Position numbers and translations under genes: made by a program. Under the pieces are notes generated by a model. That model saw only the letters and a list, made by a program, of their open reading frames with translations, searched no databases and had not been told where the DNA came from. From Phaeosaccion multiseriatum (Eukaryota; Protista; Ochrophyta, other classes), in NCBI GenBank assembly GCA_965112735.1, contig OZ218953.1:3782001-3846000 (forward strand): a DNA stretch of 64,000 bases, given 5' to 3'. Positions 24,801-37,727 of the stretch are shown here, one piece after another. How positions within the stretch are numbered: position 1 is the first letter of the stretch; each line of letters opens with the position of its first letter.

Positions 24801-27800
24801 GCGCTGCTCCGTCTGGGTATTGGTCGTCGCCCTCCTTCCGCGTACCACCACGGCCTCCTTGCCTTCCGTCCCCGCCCCCCCTGCCCCCCCCTCGCTACTC
24901 TCTTCATCGTTGGTAATGAGGCTCTTCATTCGGTCAAAGAAGGATTCTTTCCGTCGACCCATGCCCGGCGACGGGCCCTCCCCCTGCACCTGTTGCACTC
25001 GCTCCTCCCCCGATTGCCCCCCCGACCGCGCTTGGGGAGGAGGGGAAGCAAGTCGCGCAGGCTCACTGGTGGGCTCCTCCCACCCCCCTCCCTCCCTCTT
25101 GCTATCTCTCTCCTGCTCACTTCTCTGTGAGCCCATCTCCGTAGCCCGCGGTGAAGCTCCTTGTGCCGAGTTCGGTGGCGAACAAGCCTTCTGCTGCTGC
25201 TTCTTCTGCTGTTGGTGCAGCTCCGTCTGGAACTGCAGCTCACTAGAGCTTCTCTCCATGTGAGGCCGCACTACCCCGCCACTATCGCTCGCACCATTGC
25301 CCTCCCGTCCTCGCCCCTTCGCGCGAGCTGCAGCAGCAGAAGCAGCAGCGGCGGCGGCTCCCCTTTCCCGAGCCGCTGCTAAAGCCGCTGTGTTGGTCCG
25401 GGGAGGGCCTTTGGGAGGGGGGCTTGAAGGAGGACTGCTCATGTATCGTCCGCCTTTGCTGCTGCTACGACTACTACTGCTGGTGGTGGTGGTGGTGGTG
25501 GTGATAATACCAGCGGCTCCCTTTTCCCGAGCTGCTGCCAAAGCAGATGTGCTAGTCCGGGGCGGGCCTTTAGAACGGGGGCTTGAAGGACGACTGCTGG
25601 TACACTGTCTGTCCTTGCTGCTGCTACTGCTGCTGCTGCTGGTGGTGCCGCTGATGCTGCTAGCTACAAGCTCCATGACACTTCCGCTCTGGCTTCTCCT
25701 CCCATCCAGCGGCGCATTTGAACTCTTGTTCACAGGAGCAGGCGTTGTAACCTCGGCCGCCGCAGTCGGAGGCGGGGAGGAGGCAGACACACGCAACGTC
25801 GCCCTGGCAGGCCCAGCCTTGTCTGCCGGTACCTTAATACTCTCTTTTGCAGGATGAGACAGCAGAGCAGCCATCCCTGAGAGAGAAGGGAGCGATGACC
25901 CACCGGGGGGGGTCAAGGGAAGCGGCCAAGAAGACCGAAGAGGGTCTCGCTCGACCTCCGGGGAGAAGCCGGGCAGCCCGGAGAGCAGCCCACGGAGCAT
26001 GTTGCCCGACGGTACCGTAGTGCTGCCTTCTTCCCCTGCCGAGGAGCGCGCTCTCCCTCTCTCTCTCGGCACGTTGTTGGTGTCGATATCCAGCTGCTTT
26101 CCCCTTTTGGCGTGCTCCTCTCCCGCCTGCCCTCCTCCCTCACCTCCCCCCCCTCCTCCTGCCGAAGGAACGTCACTAACTCTTGGTCTTCTCTCATGCT
26201 CCCCATTCGCCTTGCTCTCCTGCCCTCCCGGCACCTCTTCTACCGGCTTTGCTGTGGCCGCTTCAGATTGCTGGTCCTTCTCTGTAGGGCGAACTGTGAA
26301 TTCTGGCGACGACAAGATGTGTCCCCGCTTTCCCTCGCCCTCAACCGTTCCTGCTTGGTCTTCTCCCTCCCCTCCTTCTGTTTCTGTCCAAGGAACGTCA
26401 GAAACGCTCTGCCTTCTCTTAGGCTCCGCTTTCGCCTTGCTCTCCTGCCCTCCAGACACATTCACTACCGGTTTTGCTGTGGCTGCTATAGCGGCTTCTC
26501 CATCCTTGCCCTTTCCCGCTTGCTCTTCTCCCTTCCCTCCTCTCCCTCCTCCTGCCGAAGAAACGTCAGCACCGCTCGGTCTTCGCTTCGCTTCTGCCTT
26601 GCTCTCCTTCCCTCCCGCCACATCCACTACCGGCTGTGCTGTGGCGGCTACAGAGTGCGGGTCCTTGCGATTCGGCGTCCTTGGCTTCTGCCCCGTGGTG
26701 GGAGATCTTCGCGGTGGCGACGGCAGGATGTCCAACTGCTTTGCCTCACCCTCACGCTTTTCCGCTTGCTTTTCTCCCTCCCTTCCTAAAGAAGTGCCAG
26801 TAACGCTCGATCTTCTCCCAGGCTCCGCGTTCACCTCACTCTCCAGCCCTCCCTTCACATCTACCCGCGCTGCCCTTGCTGCGGCAGCGGTTTCCCCACT
26901 CTTACCCTTTTCTGCTTGCTCTGCTCCCTCCCCTCCCCTCCCTCCTACTCTTGAAAGAGCGTCAGAAACACTCGGTCTCCTCCTGGGCTCCGCCTTCGCC
27001 TTGCTCTCCTGCCCCCCCACCACCTCTGCCGGCTTTGCTGTGGCTGCTACAGAGTGTTGGTCCTGCTCCGTGGAGGGAGTTGTGAGTGCTGGCGATGACA
27101 GTATCTCCAGCCGCTTTCCCTCACGCTCACACTCATCCTTTCCCACTTGCTCCTCTCCTCCTTCCCCTCCCCTCAATCCTCCTGCCGAGCAAACGTCAGC
27201 AACGCTCGGTCCCCTCCCAGGCTCCGCGTTCACCTTACTCTCCTGCCCTCCTTTCACATGAAGCGGTGTTGCCCATGCTGCTGTAGAGTGGGGGTCCTGG
27301 TGATTCGGCTTCTGCTCCTTTAGAGGCGCTGTTGCGAGCGGTGGCGAGGGCAGGGTGTCCAGCCGCTTCCCCTCAACCCCAGCCCTCCCCGTTTGCTTCT
27401 CTCCCTCCCCTCCCCTCTCTCCTCCTGCCAAAGGAGCGACACTAACGCTCCATCTTCTCTCCGGCTCCGTGTTCGCCTTACTCTCCTGCCATCCCGCCCC
27501 ATCCACGACAGGTATTGCAGTGGCTGCTACAGAGCGCTCGTCCTGGCCATTTGGCGCCGCTGACTTGTGCTCCCTGGAGGGTGCTGTGAGTGGTGGCGAC
27601 AGCGGGGGCTTCGAAGCCCTTGCTGGAGTCGCTTTTGGCGCTGCTGCTACTGCTGCTGCTGCTGCTGCTGCTCGCTTTGCGGGTACTGCTGCGGTTTCGT
27701 CCTCCACAGAGAAGGCTCTTAAAAGCCGACGAGAGAAGAGAGTGCTCGCGGTCTCCATCTTCTTCATGGCACTGCTACTGGCTGGAGAGTTGAGGGTCGA

Positions 27801-30687
27801 CTTCGTGGCTACTGGTGAACAAGTCTCCTCGCCGGCGACAGAGCCCGTCGGTGTGGCGCAGGGCTCTGTAGTTTGCGCCACCTCTCCTCTCCCCCCTTGC
27901 CCATCCTCCGGCAACTCCAAACGAAGGTTCGGGGGGACTCGCCTCCCACCTCGGGAGGTATTGTCAAGGCCATCCTGCGACACCTGCCTCGCTCTTCCCT
28001 CCCCTGGAAAGTCAGCAGGAGGAGGGACAGTAGAGGTCGTGCCACTTCCTCGCCCGTTTTCAGCGAAGAAAGTGGAGCTGTTCCCACTGAGCAACCTGCC
28101 AGGCCTGCCAGGGGAAGAATCCACATCCCCATGGGTTCCCGCTGCCGGCCCAACCCCTTCTTCTGTCGGCGACTGCCCCCACTGCCCCCCGCGCCTCCAA
28201 GCGGGCTCCTCCGAAGCTCCGTCCCTAGACACGTCATCCGCAAGCTTGCTTATGATCGGGCCGAAACCGTCGGAGCTGCGAAGCGACCGTGTCGGGCTCC
28301 TTCGAGGAGGGGAGGGCGTCGCGGCCCTACTGCTCGCCCAGGCCTTTCGCTCCCACATGGCCGAAAGGTCCCTCACTTTGGGAGAAGACTCCCCATCCCC
28401 CAAGCGGGGGGGAGGCGTATAAGACCGAGATGGCGTGCCCTCGCCTATCTCCCCGTCTCCTTGCACCGACCAGAAGCCCGACACAGACTTCAACACGCTG
28501 GCACCACCCTTGCTATTACGCCCTGCTGTTCCACGATTGTGGCGAGAATCACTGAGAGGCCCGAAAGGTCCCTGCTGGTGCTGCCGCTGCCCCTGTTGAC
28601 GGTGCTGGTGCGAATCAGGCGTTTGTTCCGCCCCCCCCCCTCTCGCTGCAGCTCTCTCCCCCCGTACTGCTCCTGAAGAGGGCTGCTTTGCAGGCTTGCG
28701 TACCGCTGCAGACTTGTTCTTTCTCGACTCCTCCAAAGCTTTCTTGGCCTTGATCTCTTCCCTTGCCTGCGCTGCTACCCGATGCAAGTGCGCCTCTCTC
28801 CGCTGCCCCTCGTCGCCCCCTTGCCTCGAAGCGGGCGTGTGCGGCGGCGATCGCCTTGGCAGAGCCGCCATGTCTGCCATCTCATGCCCGTCAACGCTCC
28901 CTCTCGCATGCTCTGCGCGTCCTCCGACTGCGGAGGGCTCGCCACCGCTACGCTCACCGTCGCTACAGGTGGGCAGCGGCATGCTGGAGTGGCGCTGCTC
29001 CTGCTGCTCCGGCGATTGGCGAGAAGCGCTCATGGGCGAGGCGGTCTTGTTCAGATTGGAGAAGAAGCGGCCCAGAGCAGCGCTCCATTGCGCCGTGTCG
29101 CCCTCCAGCGGAGAGAAGAAGGAATCCTCCTGCGAAAGAAACAGAGAGCAAGTGAGTGCGCTTTCTATGAGGAGTACGTATTCACACACAAGGACACAAC
29201 AGCGGGGTCAGGACAGTGAGCGCGACAGCAACCAGCACAGGGTGACTAGAGGCAATACACTGGATAAAACGCCCCGGTAAAGTGTCCAGCTGCTTGCTGC
29301 ACGCACTCGAGAGGTAGCGGATGTAGGACAAGAGCCAACAACCTGACCTACGCAGGCAGACAGATACGACTACCTACCTTCTTTGCCTTTTGCGCCTGCT
29401 CCTGCTTCTTGCCACTGTACAGCGGATTGGGGTGCCCGCGAGAGGCCCTACGCGAGTCCACTTGCTCGTCACAGGCCCACAAGTAGAGCAGCAAGGTGCG
29501 CAGGTTTTCGCCCTTGCCCCCCCCCAGCACCTCAGCCATTGAGTTCGAGTCGGACACTCCTGTGGCCACGGCGATGTCGCTGCTGTTCTCTTCCGCGTCA
29601 AGCTCTCCGTCAAGGGACAGCTTGAGCTGTGTGGGAAAGGGGAGGGGTGTGTGTGTGTGTGTAGAGGGGGGGGGGTAAGAGGAGCCAGCATCTTCACACT
29701 AGATCCACAATTGCAAACTCATTGTACAGTAAAGCGGAAGGGGGTTTAGGGCCAATCGGTGATGTACAAGACGGTTTCCGTTCCTGCGCCTCTCCACACC
29801 GCCCCCCACCCCTCACCTGCTGCTTGGCGTGCAGGGCCTCGAGCCTCTTCATGAGGTGAGCGGCGCCCCTGTCTCTGTCAGAGCCCAGCATGGAGGCAGC
29901 GTGCAGCCGCTTGCCGTCAAGAAGCTCTCGGAAGGAGAGACCTCGTATTTTGCTGCTGCTGCCGCTGGTGGTGGTGTTGCTGCTATTCCTCCTGGGGCTG
30001 ACGTCGCCAGCCCTGCTGCGTCCAACAGGTGAGGTAGACGCTTTACCTTGCGTCTGAGTAAGTACGGGGGGCCAGAGGAGGAGCCGCAGCGGCAAGTAGC
30101 AGCAGCAGGAGGGGCGAGTAAGCAACAAATATGCAATGGCCAAAAGCCCGAACCGGCCAACCTGTTTGCACACGAAAGCTGTCCTCCGGTACGAACCTGT
30201 AAGCACTTGGCGCATCCACTCTGACTCTGACCGGAACACGCACAGCCATCGCTGACACCGATGCTTTCCACGCGATGAGAGACGTCGTCCAAGAGACGGC
30301 TCAGGCGCTGATCTTGCGTGACCTCACTCAACTGAGTTCTGCGTCATCATGGGGGAGGAGAAGGGAGAACGGTCTGGCGAGGTGAGTAAGATGTCGTGCT
30401 TCAAGTGCAGCATGCAGCCAAGGAACGAGCGCCCCATTTTTTCTCCTCTCCTTAGAAATCACCACTCACATTGGGTTCTTTCCTCCTCTACTGCCGCTCA
30501 CGCCGTTACTGCTGCCACCACCCGAGGCCACTCGGGTCAGCTTGGTGTTGAGCCAGGCGAGCAATTCCTCGTCGTTCCGCATCAGACTTTCCTTCCTCGG
30601 CCCATGCCCAGCCTTGGCTGTCTCCTCATCCACAGGCCCATCTGTCTGCTGCGGCGGCGACTGCTCCTTGTCTTCTGTGCTCGCCAT
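21854..30687 (-). CDS. Very large Rab-GAP (TBC domain) protein with a long low-complexity region and an F-box-like motif; includes a ~5.5-kb exon
   Basis: TBC motifs IGRDVPRAFG (IxxDxxR), LSNVLHAASAVHADVGYCQGM (YxQ), WFQTLML and LMRIWDVWLV..IFVQVAVAI; 1987-aa ORF at 23226-29189; upstream exons with GT-AG sites up to the ATG at 30687. Confidence 0.85.
26090..27550 (-). repeat. About 7 degenerate coding tandem repeats (~55-80 aa) inside the TBC giant exon
   Basis: Recurring unit (Q/K)DxHSVAATAKPVVxVxGGQESKAxAEPxRRxSVSDV..GGxGGEGExQA..EGKRLDILxSP. Confidence 0.85.
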
Positions 30688-31017
30688 TGCACTCCCCCTC
30701 AACCCACCTCTCCCAATCCTGAAGTGAGTCCTGTTCTATGGCTTGCTCCTTGAGTCACAACGAGGCATTGTGCTCTTGAGGGGAAGGCAAGAAGTAAAAA
30801 AAAACTCCTCTCCTCTCCAACCAACCGCCATTCATCTCCCGGGCGCTTAATCTACTCTACAGTGTTCCTTCTCCCTCACCTATGTTCTATCCTCAAGTCT
30901 AGGGGTGGGGATAGGAAGGACGAGGAGAAAGGGACCCAGAGACTCATTTGATTTGGATGTGTGGTGCCATCCGGTGCCATCCGATACCATGCCGTTACTC
31001 TGTGGATATTAATTACC

Positions 31018-34000
31018 ATGTCAAGCCCTGGAGCTTCGCCCCGGAGCAAGGGCAACATGGAGGAGACAGTCAAGGTGCGCTTGTCTCATGTCTCGCTCGT
31101 CACTCACAGAAGGGCAAGGCAAGTCAACCTTTACTCTCCTCCGTCTCTCGCTTTTCTCTCACAGGTGTACTGCAGGTTAAGGCCCTTTATGCACGTCGGG
31201 AGCGGGGAAGCAACAGACGAGCAGCTCCGGCGGGACACCGGGAACTGCTGTGTGGATGGAGACTCAGGCACGGGCGTTGTCACGTACCGAAGCAGCGGCA
31301 AGTCCTCAGGGGATGGAAGCAGCAGATCTGCAGCTGCTGCTGCAGCTGCAGCGCCCATGCAGCTAAAATTGACGGGCTTCCTTCCACCAGATTGCGAGCA
31401 AGAAACAGTATATGAAGCCGTGGGTAGTGGAGTTGTAGACGGCGTGGTCCAGGGATTCAACGGGACTATCTTTGCCTACGGTCAGACGGGAAGTGGAAAG
31501 ACTTTCACGATGAGAGGGGAAGGCATGGGCGGTGTGTCCAAGCAGGCCGGCATCATTCCTCGCAGCATCGATCATCTCTTTCGTGGTCTGACGGCGGTGC
31601 CTAGATCCGAGTTCACAATCAAGATATCTTACCTTCAGGTGACGGAGTAAATTGAACTCTAGCCTGTGTCTTGGTGTGTGTCTTACTGTGTCTTGATCCC
31701 CTTATCCTCGACCCCTTCACAACCCCCCCCCCCCCCCATCAGATCTACTGTGAGATTCTCAGCGATCTTCTGCAGCCCGAGAACTCGAACCTCTCCATCA
31801 GGCAGAAGAGCAACGGCGAGGTGTATGTTGAAGGACTGACAAAAGCCCCAGTGGGCAGTCTGGAGCAGGCCATGCAGCTGCTGGCCAGCGGAGACACTAA
31901 TCGCAACACTGCCGCCACTCTCCTGAATGCGCACAGCAGCAGATCCCATGCAGCTGTGTTGGTGCACGTGGAGCAGAGAGTGGCGGTGATGAAGGATGTC
32001 AAGCCCACTATCATCAGGAGCACGCTAGTCCTCGTTGATCTGGCGGGCAGCGAGCGAGCGAAGCAGTCGGGCGTTCAGTACCAAGTAAGGGAAGAAGAAG
32101 GGAAGAATGGGAGGTGGGAGAGAGAAACGTACTGTGTCCAAAGCAAGGAGAGAAGAAGGTGTATTTTGTCCCCTTCTCTTCTCTACTTTCTCTAACCTGC
32201 CCCCCCCCCTCTCTCACACGCTCGCTTCAATTCCCTCTTTCCACCAGCGCTTCGAGGAGATGAAGGCCATCAATCTGAGTCTTTCCGCCCTGGGCAACTG
32301 CGTCGCAGCCCTTTCCAAGGCGGCGGCAGCGGGGGGAGCAGGGCGCAAGCCGCACATCCCGTACAGAGACAGCAAACTGACGCGCCTGCTTCAGCAGTCT
32401 CTGGGAGGAAATGCTCGGACCGCACTGGTGGTGACGGTGCCTCAGGAGAGCGATGATGAGAGAGGTGAGACGCGCTCCACACTGAAATTCGCACAGAGGG
32501 CCTTGTCGGTCAAGGTGTGTGCACAAGTCAGCGTGGAGGCCGACTATCAGCACCTCTACAGCTTGATACAGGTGAGAGGAAGAGGCAATAGAAGGAAGAG
32601 GAGGTGGCGATTGGAGGTGAAGCTGCAGGAAGAGGATGGGGGAGTGTAAGGAAAAACCCGGCAATGAGCTGTGCGGGTGGCAAAGTTCCTCCTCCATTTT
32701 CGACCTTTGTCCGTCCTGACGTGCCTCCCTCCTCCTTGATCTCTCTCTCTCTCTCTCTCTTTGTCGTCCGCAGAAAGAGCTGGACGCCAAGACAGAGGAG
32801 GCAGCTCAGCTCGGTATCGAGAATGCACGAGTGCAGAAGAAACTGGACCATATGGAGGCGGAGACGGGCGATGCGCGAAGGGCCCTCGCGCAGATGCAGG
32901 TGCAGCTGGAGAGTGAGCGAGAAGGCTTTTCGACAACACTTGCCTTGCTGGAGAATGCCGAGAAGGAAGAGCAGCAGGAGGCAGCCAGCAAAGGGCTGGA
33001 CTCAGAGGCGCAGCAAGAGGGGGTGGGTGATGGCGGTGCTACTGGCAGCGGTCGGAGGGGCAGTGCGAATGGCGGTGGTAACGCAACGAGTGCGGCGGCA
33101 GCGGCGGCGGCAGTAGAAGCGGCCACAGACATGTGGAAAAAGGAGGTGCAGCTTCTCAAGGAGACACACGCCAAGGAGCTCGAGGAGGTTAAGAGAAAGA
33201 CTGAGGACCGACTGGGCAGGTACAGGGCGAGCGCCAAGGCCGCTAGCGAGGAGTGGAGCACCAGCGAGGCCGAGCTCAGTCGGGAGCGGGAAGCGCATCT
33301 TCAGTCGCTCAAGGAGTACCGGGAAGCGCAGAAGAGGCTGAGAGCCAATGTACGTTCTAGGACTCCTCCGCGCCAGGCTTACGTTGCTTCCCACACTTAG
33401 TGCTTGGGTGGGTTGAGTCAAGCGTATGGGGGGGGGCGGCGATTCCTGATCAGGTTGTTCCGCGTGTGTGTCCTGTCTCTCTCGCCTCCTCTTTGTGTCT
33501 CCAATCCCAGGACAAGGAGACGAGCGAGCGATTCAGTGAGCTGCACGCAGAGCTCTCTGAGAAAGGCGCGGAGATTGAGAATCTCGTGGAGAAAGACGCG
33601 CAACGAGAGCGACGAGTGGCAGAGCTGCAGACTCAGCTTGAGGTCAGTGAAGAGCAGTAGCTAGCGGGGCGTCTTTCTAGAGGACAAGGTGGTATGCTCG
33701 TCTTTCTAGAGGAGGAGGGCCGTGCGAGACGTATTTTTGAGGGCTTGAGAGCGAGAGCCGAGGTAGTAGCGAGACCGCAGTTGGTCTTGGCGCAAGGAAG
33801 GGGCTGACTTGGCGAGTCTCAATTCCATTTCTTCTGTGTGTCTGTGCAACTTGACATTGCAGGAAGCGAAAGAGAAGGCTGGGCTGGATTGGGACCCCAG
33901 CGATTGGGTACACCGGGACCAGGTGAGCGAGATGGAGAGGCTCTTCAAGCTCACCATCGACAAGCTGTCCAAGAGGGTGGAGTCCCTCGAGTCCGGCAAG

Positions 34001-34591
34001 GCAGGAGCAGGAAGCGCAGATCCCCCCCCCAGGATACCGAGCAGCAGCGCTCCCCGCTCGCCGCGCATGTCGAAGGACGCAGTGCAGTTGGGAAGTCATG
34101 CTCTTTTAGCGCAATTGTCCAAAGGGACTGCCGGCGCGGGGGGCGAAGGGGGCTTGCACGTTTCCAATAAGCATGTCGCCCAGCGGCGATCGACGAGTAG
34201 TAGCCGCACCGGCGTGAGCGCCGGTATGAAGAGAGACCTTCACGTCGAAGTCGGTGCGGACGCCACTAGCAGCACCAGCAGTAGCAGCAGCAGCGGCGGC
34301 GCCAAGGGGAAAATCCCAAGGAGTCCCCCAGGAGGGGGTACAGGATTCGCCTCCAGGGAGAGCAAGACGGGCGCAAGGGTAGCCGGCGGGTCGAGCCGGG
34401 GAATCGCGCGCTCTCTTTCAACGTCGGCATCTCCCAGTAGCGGGAGTGTGCCGGCTTCTTTGTCCGTCAACGAGTTGAGGAGCGGGAGCAGCAGCAGCCG
34501 GAGCACCACGAAGGCCCGTATCGAGCCTGGAGGGCTGCGAAGTAGCTCTGGAATCAATGGAGCCAAGAGCAGCCAAGCGCGGAAGCTTTAG
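31018..34591 (+). CDS. N-terminal-motor kinesin (ARK-like motor/neck) with a coiled coil and S/G-rich tail
   Basis: Motifs VYCRLRP, GFNGTIFAYGQTGSGKT, NAHSSRSH, DLAGSER, INLSLSALGNCV, HIPYRDSKLTRLL, GETRSTLKFAQRA..EADY. Confidence 0.95.
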
Positions 34592-34797
34592 CGGTTGTTT
34601 CCGAAATTGCTTCTTTGGACATGCTTGAGGGTCTGCGGTGCCAGAGGTGGCCCCTGATGATCGGTGCCCTCTAACGCCAGCAGAAGACACGAGAAGAGGG
34701 TCGTTTACATATATAAAACCGCGTTGGTTTAGTAAATGGTGGCCCACCCGCCCAGCCAACTCCCGATTGACGTACTGCCAATCGGGGGGGGCGTAGA

Positions 34798-35568
34798 CCC
34801 GCCCAGGCTTGAAGCTCCTGCTTGACGACTTGGCTCCGCGTTTCGTCCGAGTGCAGGAGCCTGTGGGGCAATGCGAACTACACCCCCAATCCTTCCCGCG
34901 GGGGGGGGGCACCTACTACTGCGCCAATGGCCTCTCTCTCCTTCTGCAACCAACCAAGGAAAGGGGAACATGACTCGCCCCCCCGGGGGAAGGAGTCGGG
35001 GTGTAGTCCGCATTGCCCCAGGCTCCTCCACCCGGACGCAGCGCGGAGCAAAGCCGTCCAGCAGGACCTTCAAGCCTGGGTTGACATAGACCCGCCCAGG
35101 CGTGAAGGTCCTGCTGGACGGCTTGGCTCCGCGCCGCGTCCGGGTGCAGGAGCCTGGGGCAATGTGAACTACACCCCCAATCCTTCCCGCGGGGGGGGGC
35201 ACCTACTACTGCGCCAATGGCCTCTCTCTCCTTCTGCAACCAACCAAGGAATGGGGAACATGACTCTCCCCCCCCGGGGGAAGGAGTCGGGGTGTAGTCC
35301 GCATTGCCCCAGGCTCCTGCACTCGGACGCAGCGCGGAGCCAAGCCGTCCAGCAGGACCTTCAAGCCTGGGCGGGGGAGCCGATTGACGTAGACCCGCCC
35401 AGGCTTGAAGGTCCTGCTGGACTACTTGGCTCCACGTTTCGTCCGAGTGCAGGAGCCTGGGGCAATGGGGACAACACCCCGACTCCTTCCCCCGGGGGGG
35501 CGAGTCATGTTCCCCTTTCCTTAGTTGGTTGCAGAAGGAGAGAGAGGCCATTGGCGCAGGAGTAGGTG
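34798..35568. repeat. Nested palindromic (foldback) array A-B-A'-A-B-A'-A-B'
   Basis: A (~110 bp) at 34798-34909, 35091-35199 and 35394-35500; its reverse complement at 34978-35080 and 35268-35375; B (~68 bp) at 34910-34977 and 35200-35267; reverse complement of B at 35501-35568. Confidence 0.93.
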
Positions 35569-35938
35569 GACTACTCCCATTGTACAATTCAAATCCATAC
35601 TTCTAGTCCTTCGAGTCTATACTTCGTACCCTTTGCCCTCACCACCATGCGCAGCAACAAACGGAGAGAGTTTCGGAGAAAGTTCCCGCCGCTCCAACAG
35701 TGGATGAATGGCCCCGAAATCAAGTCTCCGATATATACATACACCTCTCTCCACACCCCCAACCCTCCCTGTACACGACCTTTGCAGAGCAGAACGGAAG
35801 CCCTCTCGCGATCCTGCGCAGAGATGAGATCCCTCACTACAAGAGGTTTTAGGTCTTGTTCACCTTCCCACTTCCCCGTCCGGTCACCGTTCGTCCCCTC
35901 CTCAGCAGCAGCTCTCAGCTGGGTCCCACCGAAGGTGC

Positions 35939-37504
35939 TCAGAAGAGCAGAAGGCAGAGTATAACGAAGGAACCCAAGCCGAGCAACAAGTGAGACAGGA
36001 ATGCCTGTTGCGCCTCCTCCGGAGAAGGGGGCTCGCCCACCGCTGGCGGTGGAGCGCTGCTTCGGCTGTGGGTAAAGTTTTGCTGTTGCGGGTACGAAAC
36101 AACGGAAGGGGAGGGGTGGCGGAGCACCGAAGGAAACGTACACGTGAGTGAGTGAGAGGGGAATGAGGGGGGGTGAGAGGAGAGGGTTCAGTAGCGCCAC
36201 AGAGTGAGGGCCTGGATCCTGAGAGGGTGTGATGGAGGACAATTGACCTGCAAGACACCCTGGCGAGAGGCCAAAAGGGAGCCACAGGGGGGAGTGGCGT
36301 AGAAGATGTGGTTGGTTGCTACAGAGAGGGAATCATCACAGACTTTGTCCAGAACTTACGAATTGGAGGCCAAAGAGTGAAGGGAAGAAGCCGAAGCCGG
36401 CAGAGAATTGTACGAAAGCGTTTCCGTCCAGTCCTGCATCAGTGAGATTGGTGTTTGGAACAAAAGGGGGAGTAAAAAGAGACGAGAGGCGGGGGGTGAG
36501 AAACCAACAAGATGAAAGTAATCAGACACTCAGGAGTGAGGACCAGAGGGTCAAAGCTGCCCAAAAGGCCGTACAGTAGAGGAGTCACCCCTCTTTCCCG
36601 GGTCTCTCCACCGTCCAAACTATTGATCCCCCCAGTTACGTAAGCCCCCCTCACCTTGCTGCTGCTGCTGCTGCGGCCGGGCTGCTTGCGGACGGTCGGC
36701 CGTAGGGCGGTCGGGTATCCTCTCCCTCGCGCCGCCCTCGCCTTGCTCCCCTTCCAGCTTCGTTCTGGGGTCTACATTGTCGCTGTCCTTCCCATAAAGT
36801 GGAATCACATTCTCTTTGGTAACTCCAGCCTGGCCCGGAAGCAGCGTAGCGCGGGGGGGGGGTTGGAGGGGGTTACCAGACTGGCTCCGTCAGGTACACG
36901 GTATGGTCGTGTATGAGGCAAGAGGAAGCGGGGTGACTATCGGCTGCCACGCGAGAAGGAAAGCTGATGATTCTCCCCTCTGTCTCACCTTACAGACGGG
37001 GCACTCAGTGTGGTTCGTGCTGAGCCAGCGGAACAGACACGTCCAGCAGAAGAGGTGTCCACAGCGAGTCACCACGGCATCATTGGCGCTGTCCAGGCAG
37101 ATGTTGCACTCGAAGCGAGAGTCCGCCTCTATTCGTAGGAAAGAACGATACAGGGGGAGAAGAGGGGTTAGGCTGCGTAGGGAGGGCATTCTGAGTGTTA
37201 CTCGACATCTGTGTGTGTGTGTGTTCGAGAAGTTGGCTATTGAGCTGGAACTCGGCAGGGGGTCAATACACTTCATTCCGCGAGGGTGGAACGGCGTCCT
37301 TGGACTCCACCAAGCTCTCTCCCCGGACTTACCCAAGGCTTTTCTTTCCCGAGCTGCGCAAAGCTTGCACCCCTCGGTTCCCTTTTCCAACTCCGCTGCT
37401 CCGACCCCCCCCCCACCTCCCGCGACGGGAGGGCCCACTTCTTCCACTGCCACTGCAGCAGCTCCTGCTGTTTCTGGCGCTGTTATGGTGTCCATACCCG
37501 TCAA
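35939..37504 (-). CDS. RNF5/RNF185/RMA1-type tail-anchored RING E3 ubiquitin ligase
   Basis: [49 protein letters not shown]; then [21 protein letters not shown] and C-terminal [26 protein letters not shown]. Confidence 0.93.
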
Positions 37505-37727
37505 GTTAAATTTTTAGTATGCCTGCTGGGCTGGCGTGGGGGGGATGTTGCCAACCTGTGATTGGAGATCCAACGCCCCACTTTGGTCGCTCGCTCCCCG
37601 CTCCGCTCCCGCCCGTACCCGGCTCCCGTTCTTTGACTTTGGCCTCTTCCTGCGATGTGGCCTGAGGCTGACGCCTTGAGTCAGTACTCTTTCTATGCTT
37701 GATCCCCGTCCTATCCACTAGGTATCC

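Noticed and set aside
24244-28676. Several long plus-strand ORFs (up to 420 aa)
   Set aside because: They are antisense shadows of the GC-rich giant TBC exon.
34798-35568. CRISPR-like interpretation of the array
   Set aside because: The 'spacers' (B) are copies of each other, the repeats are ~110 bp and alternate in orientation, no cas genes are present, and the context is eukaryotic.
34729-35587. Long ORFs on both strands across the palindromic array (including an LHPD tetrapeptide)
   Set aside because: They are a by-product of GC-rich inverted repeats; the same peptides appear on both strands and there is no J-domain context.
34709-35737. ATATATA on both sides of the array as a target-site duplication or Helitron-like ends
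   Set aside because: The match is low-complexity, and I found no terminal inverted repeats or convincing Helitron termini at those points.
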